A DNA stretch of 64,000 bases from Acidobacteriota bacterium (lineage in GTDB: Bacteria; Acidobacteriota; Thermoanaerobaculia; Gp7-AA8): positions 320,001-384,000 of the forward strand of contig JAFATB010000022.1 of assembly GCA_019244185.1 (NCBI GenBank), written 5' to 3'. The notes under the pieces were generated by a model. The model had not been told where the DNA came from and did not search any database. It was given only the letters and a program-made list of their open reading frames with translations. Shown here one piece after another: positions 54,911 through 64,000 of the stretch. A program made the position numbers and the translations under genes. Position 1 is the stretch's first letter. Every line of letters begins with the position of its first letter.

Positions 54911-57871
54911 ATGAAGTCTCGTTTCCCGGCAGTCGCTGCCGTTCTCCTGCTCGCGGCCCTCTCGGCCTTCGCGCAGGGAACGATCACGGGTGCTCTGACG
55001 GGTACGGTGACATCGGACGGCGCCCCGCTTCCCGGCGCGCTGGTCACGGTCACCTCACCGAACCTGCAGGGAACCCGCACGGCGTACACGGACGCCAGCG
55101 GCAACTACAACATGGTCGGGCTTCCGCCCGGCCAGTACTCCGTGAACATCACCCTCGAAGGCCTCACGCCCGTGACGCGCGCGACGAACGTCACGCTCTC
55201 GGGCACGGCACGCGTCGACGCGGACCTGCGCGTCGCGGCGGTCGCCGAGGCCATCACCGTCACAGCGTCCGCCCCGGCGGTCATGGAGACGACCGAAGTG
55301 CAGGCCAACTTCCAGAAGCGCCAGATCGACGATCTGCCGCTGCAGAAGAACGTGAACGACGTCGCGAACCTCGCACCGGGCGTCACGAACAACGGTCCCG
55401 GCGGCACGATGCAGATCTCCGGCGCCATGGCCAGCGACAACCTGGTGCTCGTCAACGGCGCCACGATCCAGGACAACGTGCGCGGCACCACGCGCCCGCT
55501 GTACATCCAGGACGCGATTCAGGAGACGACGGTGCTCTCCGGCGCGATCTCGGCCGAGTTCGGACGCTTCACCGGCGGCGTGGTCAACACGATCACGAAG
55601 TCGGGCGGCAACGACTTCTCCGGCTCCGTCCGCGACTCGCTGCAGAACGCGCGCTGGACTGCGCAGAGCGCCGCGGGCGAGACGCGCCCCGACGACAAGA
55701 TCACGAACATCTACGAAGGTACCTTCGGCGGACGCATCATCCGCGATCGTTTGTGGTTCTTCGGCGCGGGCCGTCTCGACAAGTCGACCCAGCCGTCGCG
55801 TTACTCCACGATCCTCGGCAGCAGCGACGAGATCTTCTCGCAGCGCAAGAACCCGCGTTACGAGTTCAAGCTCACCGGACAGCTGGCCAGGAATCACACC
55901 CTCGTCCTCGATTACCTCAACAACCCGTTCACGAGCACCAACGACACGCAGCTGCCGGTGTGGGAAGCCTCCGGCATCGATCCGACGATCGAGCAGAACG
56001 AGGATTTCGCAGCGCTGCACTACAACGGAATTCTCAGCAACAACCTCCTCGCCGAAGTGCACGTCAGCCGCCGCAACTTCACGTTCGTCGGCCTCGGCGG
56101 CGACACGGATGACGTCTATGCCGGCACGCCGCTGCGCACGTATTACGGCAGCAACAATGCGAACAACGGCATTGCCAACTCGCCGTGGTTCTGCGGCGTC
56201 TGCGACGATGAAACGCGCGATGCGCGCTATTACACCGGCAAGCTGACGTACTTCCTGGGCACGAAGAATTTCGGTACGCACAACATCGTCGGCGGCGCCG
56301 AGCGTTACACCGAGCTGCTGCAGGCGAACAATTACCAGTCCGCGTCGGGCCTCACGGTCTGGATTTACGATCAGGTTCCGCAGCGCACGGCCGACGGCAA
56401 CGTGCTCTTCACGTGGGGCCCCGGCGATTCCGTCGAGAGCTACCGCGTCGAGAATCCGTCGCTCGGTTCCGATCTGACCACCGACTCGCTGTTCCTCAAT
56501 GACAAGTGGGATCTCAATGGCAAGCTGTCGTTCAACATCGGCGGCCGGTTCGATCGCACCAAGGCGGTCGACCAGGCCGGCAACGACACCGCGAACGAGA
56601 GCTCGTTCTCGCCGCGACTCGGCGTCACGTACGATCCGCTTGGCAACGGCCGTCTGCGTCTGAGCGGTACGTACGGCCGTTATGTGGGTCGTTTGTCGGA
56701 AGGCGTGCAGGGCGCAGCGTCGAATGCCGGTGAGCCGAACTGGTATGGCTGGTTCTATGAAGGCGACGACGCGTTCACCGGCACGGCCTCGCAGGTCGTG
56801 CAGCACGCGGTCGACTGGTGGCTCGCCAACGGCGGCTTCGATCCGGCCTCCAATCCGCCGACGGAAGTCGATCTCGGCGGCGTGACCACGCAGATCCGCG
56901 GCCGCATCAAAGCGCCCGGCATGAATGAATGGACCGTTGGCGCGGGCTTTCAGTTCTCGCCGAACGGCTACGTCCGTGCCGATTACATCAACCGCGACTG
57001 GAACAATTTCTACGCGAATTTCACGAACGCGCAGACGGGACAGATCGAATTGCCGAACGGCACCGTCGGCGATCTGACGCTCGTCGGCAACACGGACGCG
57101 TTCACGCGCAATTACCGCGCGATTCAGCTGCAGGCGAGCGATCGTTTCCTCAACAGCCGTCTGCAGGTCGGCGGCTCGTACACGTACGCGAAGCTGCGCG
57201 GCAACGTCGAAGGCGAGACGTCGGACAGCGGTCCCGTTTCGACCGGCGGCTGGACGTTCACGTATCCCGAGTATCAGGGCTTCACCGCGAACGCGCCGGT
57301 CGGTTACCTCGACGGCGATCAGCGCCACAAGCTACGCGCGTGGGCCGGCTACGATCTGCCGATCGGTCCCGCGGGCACGCTGAATTTCAGCGTTCTCGAG
57401 CGCTATGACTCGGGACGTCCGTACTCCGCGGTCTCCACGATTCCGGCCGTGTTCGATGCGTCGGCCGGCAGCGTCGATTACGCGACGCCGCCGACGACGG
57501 TGACGTATTACTTCAGCAAGCGCGGCGAGTTCCGCTGGGACGACGTCACGCGCACCGATTTCTCGGTGAATTACCGGCTGCCGGTCTTCCATGGCTCCGA
57601 GTTCTTCGTCGAGGCCGAGGTGTTCAACCTGTTCAACGAGCAGGCGCAGATCGGCGGCAGCACGTCGATCTTCACGGCGCGCAACACCACCGCCGCCTGC
57701 ACGAACGGGAGCGGCGCCGCCGTCCGCTGCGCCGCGTTCAACCCCTTCACCGACACGCCGGTCGAAGGCGTGAACTGGGCCAAGTCGTCCACGTTCGGCC
57801 AGGCCACCGGCCTCTCGTCGCAGTACCAGCTCCCGCGCATGTACCAGTTCTCGCTGGGGCTGCGGTTCTAA
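54911..57871 (+). CDS. Oar-like TonB-dependent receptor with carboxypeptidase-regulatory-like N-terminal domain
   Basis: GGAGGAG RBS, signal peptide, LPGALVTVTSPNL, AEFGRFTGGVVNTITKSGGN, GGRIIRDRLWFF, C-terminal LGLRF. Confidence 0.92.
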   Translation: MKSRFPAVAAVLLLAALSAFAQGTITGALTGTVTSDGAPLPGALVTVTSPNLQGTRTAYTDASGNYNMVGLPPGQYSVNITLEGLTPVTRATNVTLSGTARVDADLRVAAVAEAITVTASAPAVMETTEVQANFQKRQIDDLPLQKNVNDVANLAPGVTNNGPGGTMQISGAMASDNLVLVNGATIQDNVRGTTRPLYIQDAIQETTVLSGAISAEFGRFTGGVVNTITKSGGNDFSGSVRDSLQNARWTAQSAAGETRPDDKITNIYEGTFGGRIIRDRLWFFGAGRLDKSTQPSRYSTILGSSDEIFSQRKNPRYEFKLTGQLARNHTLVLDYLNNPFTSTNDTQLPVWEASGIDPTIEQNEDFAALHYNGILSNNLLAEVHVSRRNFTFVGLGGDTDDVYAGTPLRTYYGSNNANNGIANSPWFCGVCDDETRDARYYTGKLTYFLGTKNFGTHNIVGGAERYTELLQANNYQSASGLTVWIYDQVPQRTADGNVLFTWGPGDSVESYRVENPSLGSDLTTDSLFLNDKWDLNGKLSFNIGGRFDRTKAVDQAGNDTANESSFSPRLGVTYDPLGNGRLRLSGTYGRYVGRLSEGVQGAASNAGEPNWYGWFYEGDDAFTGTASQVVQHAVDWWLANGGFDPASNPPTEVDLGGVTTQIRGRIKAPGMNEWTVGAGFQFSPNGYVRADYINRDWNNFYANFTNAQTGQIELPNGTVGDLTLVGNTDAFTRNYRAIQLQASDRFLNSRLQVGGSYTYAKLRGNVEGETSDSGPVSTGGWTFTYPEYQGFTANAPVGYLDGDQRHKLRAWAGYDLPIGPAGTLNFSVLERYDSGRPYSAVSTIPAVFDASAGSVDYATPPTTVTYYFSKRGEFRWDDVTRTDFSVNYRLPVFHGSEFFVEAEVFNLFNEQAQIGGSTSIFTARNTTAACTNGSGAAVRCAAFNPFTDTPVEGVNWAKSSTFGQATGLSSQYQLPRMYQFSLGLRF

Positions 57872-57893
57872 GCAGTTCGTTTCGTTCGTAGTG

Positions 57894-57929
57894 AAAAGCC
57901 CCGGTCGCAAGGCCGGGGCTTTTTGTTTT
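57894..57929 (+). terminator. Rho-independent terminator
   Basis: AAAAGCCCCGGTC-GCAA-GGCCGGGGCTTTTTGTTTT. Confidence 0.9.
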
Positions 57930-57972
57930 CGTGCGAGAGAACGTAACGCCGCGCGTGCGGTAGCATCAGCGC

Positions 57973-58632
57973 ATGGCCGACAAGTGGGTCTGGGCTCCCG
58001 TGGCGTGCGTTGCGCTGCTGGCGATTGCGTTCGCGTGCATGTCGAAGTTCGTGCCGGCGCCGACGCCGCATCCGCCGAAGAAGCCGGTGCTGGCGCTGGA
58101 GGTGCCGGCGAGCGATGCCGAAGTCGCGGCGTTGCTGGCGACGAAGGACGCACAGGCGTCCGCGCTCGCGAACACGCGCTGGGATTACTGGTTCATCGCC
58201 GCGTACACGCTGCTCTTTCTGGCGATGGCGTGGCAGCAGCGCGATCTCGGCCTGCGCATCGCGGCGATGGTGCTCGCGCTCGCGGCGGCGGCGTTCGACG
58301 TCTGGGAAGATCTCATCATCGAGCGTTTCATCCGCGCGCCGGACCACGCGCACGCGAGCGAGGTCTGGTTTCCGGCGCAGGCGAAATGGTTCTGCATCTT
58401 CGCCGGCGTGGCGCTGACGGCGCTGCTGTTCGCGCGGCTCGGGCGGTGGTGGTGGATCGCGTTCGCGATCGTGCTGATCGTGCCCGCGCTCGTCGGCGCC
58501 GCGGCGGCAATCGCACGCATCCGCCCGTTGCTGGAACTGACGATCGATCCGACGATGGAGCTGTTCGCGCTCGCGGCGCTGGTCTGGCCGTTCGCGGCGA
58601 AGCTGGCGCGGGCGATCAGGCCCGCAGCGTGA
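57973..58632 (+). CDS. Hypothetical membrane protein
   Basis: About 6 TM helices, WDYWFIAAY and FDVWED motifs; TAGCAT box 6 nt before ATG. Confidence 0.75.
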   Translation: MADKWVWAPVACVALLAIAFACMSKFVPAPTPHPPKKPVLALEVPASDAEVAALLATKDAQASALANTRWDYWFIAAYTLLFLAMAWQQRDLGLRIAAMVLALAAAAFDVWEDLIIERFIRAPDHAHASEVWFPAQAKWFCIFAGVALTALLFARLGRWWWIAFAIVLIVPALVGAAAAIARIRPLLELTIDPTMELFALAALVWPFAAKLARAIRPAA

Positions 58633-58788
58633 CGCGCTCGCCGAACCGTTCCGTCACCGCCGCCATCATCGCTTCCGTCGCCGCGCGGGCTCCACACCAA
58701 TGCGGAGCGCGTCCTGCACGACCTCCTGCACGCGAATCTCACGCCTGTAGTTGATGAGAGCTCTGTTCTAAGGGACAGGAGCACTCCA

Positions 58789-61700
58789 ATGTCGGTAGCA
58801 GCCGCAACGGTTGACGGGCCGATTCGCATGCCGTACCGTGGTTCCTTCGCCATACAAGCAACAGTCGTTACGCTGAGATTATCAGCGCCGGAGGGCATCC
58901 TGTCTTTTCTCGATCGTCGTGCCGTTTCGCTGCTTTTTTTCGTTGGCATTGCGAGTATTGCGAGCGCGCCGCGCGCAAGCGCGTGTGATGTTTCGCTCAC
59001 CGCAAGCGCCGATCCCGCCACGGCGACCGCGACGTTCTCCGCAACGCGAAGCGGCGCAACCTGCAGCGGCGGCGGGGTGGGGATGATCGTTCCGGATACG
59101 GATCACCAGCACTCAAGGGTAGTCTCTACGCCGTGCGGGGGAGATCCCTGCACCGTCGACTTCACCGTGTCCACTGAGTGCTGGGAGCCGGGGTCCTATA
59201 CCGTCACGGCCAGCGCGACTTGCCATACCGTCGGCAGCGGCTCGTGCGACGGTGAGGAGACGGCGAATGCCTCGACGAGCGTCAGTATTCTGCAAAGCGA
59301 GGTGACTTCGTTCGGCGTATCGGCCACACCGACTACGACGCCGGGCTTGTTCGAACTCGATTTTTCCTACGCTTTGCAAAACCTCTCCGTGCCGCGTGGA
59401 ATCGAGTGGACGTTCGAGGATCCCAACGGAACTCCCTTCGGTACGTCATGGCATTCCTCACTGACGCAGCCGAGCGGCGTCTATACCGACTATATCGATG
59501 CTTCATGCTGGGTGCCGGGGCATCATAAGGTGATCGCGAAAACCAGTGCGTGTAGCGTTCCGGTCACTGCCGAAGGCGGTCTGGACGTGCCATCGCATTC
59601 GGTCTCGCTGGAGATCAAGCCGCCGGACGGAACGCATCCGACGCAGACAGCCTATATTCATTACGATTTTCCCGGTACAAATTCGCCTACGGACCGCCGT
59701 CTGTTGCTCGACTGGCTACCGTCGCCGGGAAGAGCGGGCGGGAACATCTACAACGAGCAGGCTCCCAATGCATCGGGCGTGGTCGGTCCGATCGCCATTG
59801 AGGGAAGTCTCAGTCAGCGCGTCCTTCGCGCCACGGCATCCGCCTGTGGCAGGCCGGTGAAGGGCGACGCGGGGGTGTCACCGTGCTGCAAGGACTGTAG
59901 CGTGCCGTGTCAGGTCGGCAGTCCGATCCGTCTTTGGGATGGTGCGGTGACCTACGACGAGCGTGATCCGCTGCCGGCCGCTGGACCGATTGCGTTCACA
60001 CGAGCTTACGACTCCGCGAACGAGACGACCGGCCGTTTCGGGAACGGGTGGACCTCGTTGTTCGACACCGGGATGGTGCGCGCAACCGTCGCCGTGGATA
60101 CCGTCGTCGTGCGGCTGGAGAACAACGTTCAGACAGTCTTTGAGAAACAAGGCTCGGTCTGGATCCAGAGTTGGCCGAAAGGCGCCGAGATGTTGGACGA
60201 ACTGACCGACGAGACCGGCGGCGGCTGGCGCTATCGGCAATCGAATTCCAGTCTCGCCTACCACTTCAGTGGCGGGCGCCTGGTTCGTCTCGTGGACGAA
60301 CGCTCCAATCACGCCGTCGTCATCACCTGGGATGACGTGACGGGGCAGCCGCTGTCGATCGCCGATGAACGTGGGAATTGGTCCTGCTCCATTACCACCA
60401 CGGGCGGCTTGATCACCCAGATTGCAGTTGACGGCGAGCCTGATTTGACGTGGAACTATTCGTATTCCGGCAACCTTCTCGAGAGCGTGGCGCTCGATGG
60501 CGAGACCGCCTGGCGCACGTATGACTACACGAGCGGCCGGCTGTCGGCCGTCCATGATGCCGCGGGCAATCTCGTGGAAAGCCATGCGTACGATTCGTCG
60601 GGTCGCGGAACCTCATCGGTCGCCGCCAGCGACGACATCACCAGCGTGCAGTACGTCGCCGGCACCGACGGATTGACCACTCACGTTACGTACGCGACCG
60701 GCCGTGAGGAAACGTACGCGCAGTCGTTCACCACCGGCCGTCCGCGGACGCTGGCGTCCGACGGTGGCTGCACATCCTGCGGCGCGCGCGACAGCGTTTA
60801 CGCATACGACCTCGATGGGCGCCTGCTGCGGCAGCAAACCGCCGACGGCTACATCACGACGCGCACATACGATACGGCAGGCCGCGTCACCCGCGAAGAT
60901 CGCTTCCTGCGGCCGGCGGCCTGCAACCCGGCCACCGATTCGGTCCATTGCCGCATGACGAGCGCCGCGCTCGCGACCGTGTCCCTCAGTGCGACCTCCG
61001 CGACCACCTATGTCGAGTCGGATTACACCGATTCCCACTGGCCCGACAAGCCGACGGTCGTCCGGCAGCCGAGCGTCGAAGTGAGCAATGGCGTTCGGAC
61101 CGATTCGATGACATACGACATCGTCAGCGGAAACGTCCTGACGCGGACGATGACCTCGGCCTCTGCCGCGTCCATTACCCGAACCGATGCGCTCTATGAC
61201 GGCGTCGAAACCGCGGCCTTCGATCCGGGAGGGGCATTCGACTCGGGATGGCTCGCTCTGCCGCAGCCTCCTCGAATGACGCGACTGACTGACGGCCCTC
61301 GCACAGACGTTACCGATACCACGGAGTTCGTTTATTACCCGATCGACTCGTCCGTGCCCGCCGTGCTGCGCGGGCATCTCGCCGCAGTTCGTAATGCGGC
61401 CGGCCATATTACCCGCTATGAGGATTACGACGTGTTCGGCCATGCCACCCGCGTCGTCGATCCGAACGAGATCGCGCAGACCACCACTTACGACGCGCTC
61501 GGCCGTCTGCTCACGAGCACGATCGCAGGAGTGTCCGGTTGCAACACGGCGACCGATCCGCTGTGCGCGACGGACCTCACCGTCTCCCGTACGTACGATC
61601 CGGTGAGTGGCCCGTTGGCGTCCGTCACCGACGCGAAGGGGAATGTGACCGCGTACGAGTACGACGGACGCGGGCGCATGAGCGCCATGACGCGAGGCCC

Positions 61701-64000
61701 ATCCGCCGCCGTCCAGCAGGAGCGCATCGAGTACACATACGACGCCGACACGGGACGCCGGAGCCAGGAGAAGTACCTCGCAAAGGTGGGCTCCTCGTGG
61801 GTCGAAAAACATCGAGAGTCGTTTTCCTACGACGAACTAGCGCAACTCTCCTCGCATACGCATGCAGACAATACGAGTGTTGCCTATACCTATGACGACA
61901 TGGGCGGGATCGCATCGATCCGTGACGAAAACCACTCCAGTGCGAACACGCATTACGAATATGACACCGCGCATCGCCTCGCAGCCGTTATTCAGACGCT
62001 GAGCACGGCGCCGGGTGGATCGATCAGCACGACTTATGACTACGATGTTACGGGCAATCTGATCAGTGTCACCGATCCCAACGGCAACGAGACAATGTAT
62101 GTTTACGACGACTTGGGCCGCATGTCCTCGAATACGAGCCCGGTGACGGGCATCACGAGCTATGTGTACGATCCGGCGGGCAACCTGACCTCTGCCACCG
62201 ACGCCAACGACGCTACGACAGTGAGGACGTACGACGAGCTCGGCCGGCTCTTGACCGCCGAATCGTCACGCGCGGGTGCCGATACCGAGACGATTACGTA
62301 TGTGTATGATCAGGACTATTGCGGAACCGGCAATACGATCGGCCGGGTCACGGCGATGAGCGATCCGACCGGCGACACGCTTTACGGTTATGAACGGCGC
62401 GGACTTCTCACGACGGAATCGTCGGCGATGCCCGTGACGTACACCTACGACGCCAACGGAAATCGAGACTCGATCCTGTATCCATCCGGTCGGACGGTGA
62501 CATACACCTACGACTTCGGCAATCGGCCGGTGACCGTCACGGCCGACTCAACCGCGATCGTCTCCGGCGCTTCGTATCTGCCGTTCGGTCCAGCGGCGCA
62601 ATTGACGTTCGGGAATGGTACGACGAAAACGGTGACGTTCGACACCCGCTATCGCCCCACGGAGAACAAACTCGTCGGGACCTCAGGAACCGTCGCCGAC
62701 TACACATATCAGGAAGACGCCGTCGGCAATATTACCGAAATTCACGACGCCGTCAGTGCCACGTACAATCGCGATTTTAGCTACGACGATCTGAACCGCC
62801 TGGTTACGGCCAATAGCGGCACAGCGCTGTGGGGAAGCGGCAGTTATACCTATGATTCGATGGGCAATATGACCGCGCTCGCCCTCGGTACCCGGTCGCT
62901 GACCTTTTCGCACGATGGCTCGACGCCTAATCTGACGTCGGTGGGCGGTACTTCACCCAAAATCGTCACATACGATGCCGCCGGAAGCGAAACGTCCGCC
63001 GGTTTATACAGCGCACGGAACCTATACACGGGTTTCTTGACGTCTGGAACCCTGCAAACGACTACTGGGTTCGAAAATGGCTACGATGGGCGCGGCGTTC
63101 GTGTGACGGAAGCCACTCCCAAATCTGGCGCTCTGAGAGTGACGCGGTTTCTTTATTCGCCGGAACTCCACCTTCTGGCTCGACTCGATGAAACGACGTT
63201 CGATGGCACCGATTACATTTGGTTCGGCGGCGAACCGGTCGCGCAGGGATCCGCAGACACCCTCGCTCCCTTGCGTTTCACCTTCACCGATCATCTGGGT
63301 ACTCCCATTCTACAGACCGATCCGGACGCGACCGTCGTCTGGAGGGTGGAATACGAGCCATTTGGCTCCGTCTTCGCCTATCGCGCGGGCAACGCAACCG
63401 ACCCCCAAATTCTGCGGCTGCCCGGCCAGGAACGAGCATTCGTCGCCGAGGACGGAACCGAACTGTCGTACAACATTTTCAGGTGGTATCGGAGCGGGTG
63501 GGGGCGGTATACGCAGGCGGATCCAATCAGTTTGCTTGGGAGCTTACGCGTACGGCAGTACCCCGGTACACTTCCTTTGCCACAAGGCGGTATGGAATCA
63601 ATCCAAAGATTATTGGCGCGGCTTCAAGGTGACTACTTCAAGTCAGCCGGTGCTGTGCCCGCGAATACCTACGCGTACGGTGATGACAACCCGATCGCTC
63701 TAGCGGACGCATTTGGCTTGGAACCCGTTCTTTGCACAGTCTTTCGATTGAGGTCTAAACCGACGCCCAGCCCGATGGGATCTTTGCCGGGAAACGTTTG
63801 TCAATTCTCAGGCCACTGCGGCGGCGGTCCTTCCGGTCAGGTATATGACGTACCGGAGAACGATCCGTTCACGTATCGATTCATCCCTCCGTGCAAGGAG
63901 TGTCCAATTGCGTGTATCTACACTTGGGAAACGAGCATCGGTGGTCTTACTGCTGGTCCCCTTTGTTATGGTCAAGTGCCGGTTAACAACCACGGAGGCT
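58789..64000 (+). CDS. RHS/YD-repeat protein (3'-truncated by window), polymorphic-toxin-like
   Basis: Frame +1 stays open to the window end, so it is absent from the ORF track; signal peptide, DUF6531-like VGSPIRLWDG..FTRAYDS..FGNGW, many YD repeats, core TDHLGTP, LRLPGQ, YTQADPI, YAYGDDNPIALADAFGL; start may be ATG 58789 or CTG 58900. Confidence 0.9.
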   Translation, partial: MSVAAATVDGPIRMPYRGSFAIQATVVTLRLSAPEGILSFLDRRAVSLLFFVGIASIASAPRASACDVSLTASADPATATATFSATRSGATCSGGGVGMIVPDTDHQHSRVVSTPCGGDPCTVDFTVSTECWEPGSYTVTASATCHTVGSGSCDGEETANASTSVSILQSEVTSFGVSATPTTTPGLFELDFSYALQNLSVPRGIEWTFEDPNGTPFGTSWHSSLTQPSGVYTDYIDASCWVPGHHKVIAKTSACSVPVTAEGGLDVPSHSVSLEIKPPDGTHPTQTAYIHYDFPGTNSPTDRRLLLDWLPSPGRAGGNIYNEQAPNASGVVGPIAIEGSLSQRVLRATASACGRPVKGDAGVSPCCKDCSVPCQVGSPIRLWDGAVTYDERDPLPAAGPIAFTRAYDSANETTGRFGNGWTSLFDTGMVRATVAVDTVVVRLENNVQTVFEKQGSVWIQSWPKGAEMLDELTDETGGGWRYRQSNSSLAYHFSGGRLVRLVDERSNHAVVITWDDVTGQPLSIADERGNWSCSITTTGGLITQIAVDGEPDLTWNYSYSGNLLESVALDGETAWRTYDYTSGRLSAVHDAAGNLVESHAYDSSGRGTSSVAASDDITSVQYVAGTDGLTTHVTYATGREETYAQSFTTGRPRTLASDGGCTSCGARDSVYAYDLDGRLLRQQTADGYITTRTYDTAGRVTREDRFLRPAACNPATDSVHCRMTSAALATVSLSATSATTYVESDYTDSHWPDKPTVVRQPSVEVSNGVRTDSMTYDIVSGNVLTRTMTSASAASITRTDALYDGVETAAFDPGGAFDSGWLALPQPPRMTRLTDGPRTDVTDTTEFVYYPIDSSVPAVLRGHLAAVRNAAGHITRYEDYDVFGHATRVVDPNEIAQTTTYDALGRLLTSTIAGVSGCNTATDPLCATDLTVSRTYDPVSGPLASVTDAKGNVTAYEYDGRGRMSAMTRGPSAAVQQERIEYTYDADTGRRSQEKYLAKVGSSWVEKHRESFSYDELAQLSSHTHADNTSVAYTYDDMGGIASIRDENHSSANTHYEYDTAHRLAAVIQTLSTAPGGSISTTYDYDVTGNLISVTDPNGNETMYVYDDLGRMSSNTSPVTGITSYVYDPAGNLTSATDANDATTVRTYDELGRLLTAESSRAGADTETITYVYDQDYCGTGNTIGRVTAMSDPTGDTLYGYERRGLLTTESSAMPVTYTYDANGNRDSILYPSGRTVTYTYDFGNRPVTVTADSTAIVSGASYLPFGPAAQLTFGNGTTKTVTFDTRYRPTENKLVGTSGTVADYTYQEDAVGNITEIHDAVSATYNRDFSYDDLNRLVTANSGTALWGSGSYTYDSMGNMTALALGTRSLTFSHDGSTPNLTSVGGTSPKIVTYDAAGSETSAGLYSARNLYTGFLTSGTLQTTTGFENGYDGRGVRVTEATPKSGALRVTRFLYSPELHLLARLDETTFDGTDYIWFGGEPVAQGSADTLAPLRFTFTDHLGTPILQTDPDATVVWRVEYEPFGSVFAYRAGNATDPQILRLPGQERAFVAEDGTELSYNIFRWYRSGWGRYTQADPISLLGSLRVRQYPGTLPLPQGGMESIQRLLARLQGDYFKSAGAVPANTYAYGDDNPIALADAFGLEPVLCTVFRLRSKPTPSPMGSLPGNVCQFSGHCGGGPSGQVYDVPENDPFTYRFIPPCKECPIACIYTWETSIGGLTAGPLCYGQVPVNNHGG

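Noticed and set aside
57973-58788. Stop-codon readthrough fusing the membrane protein to the in-frame RHS ORF
   Set aside because: The intervening codons look non-coding and the RHS gene has its own RBS and signal peptide; shared frame is likely chance
1-64000. CRISPR array or cas genes (AddB has a Cas4-like Fe-S nuclease domain)
   Set aside because: No regularly spaced repeats seen; the nuclease is part of an ordinary addAB pair

Overview
A very GC-rich, gene-dense bacterial chromosomal segment with about 53 CDS and one tRNA-Ala(CGC). I saw no CRISPR array, integrase or transposase. The gene style (Oar-like TonB-dependent receptor, paired MacB-like permeases, an Arg-rich tail on a secreted protease) suggests Acidobacteriota, possibly Thermoanaerobaculia; this is an inference. 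Housekeeping genes (pdxH, addAB, ftsY, PGM/PMM, rnz) are mixed with envelope, stress and hydrolase genes. Highlights: (1) a GNAT N-acyltransferase/PLP class-V aminotransferase fusion translationally coupled to a fatty-acid desaturase, near a PPTase, a serine hydrolase and an exporter, which may be an N-acyl-amide lipid pathway; (2) a >1700-aa RHS protein missing from the ORF track, with a signal peptide, an insertion in the RHS core and a Cys-rich tip; (3) a ClpX paralogue lacking the zinc domain and IGF loop; (4) an atypical P450; (5) a ~168-bp MITE-like element beside a 20-aa Lys-rich smORF; (6) a perfect double-palindrome operator over a beta-lactamase-family start codon; (7) many -10 boxes placed as for leaderless transcription. 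All calls come from reading motifs by eye; no database searches were run.
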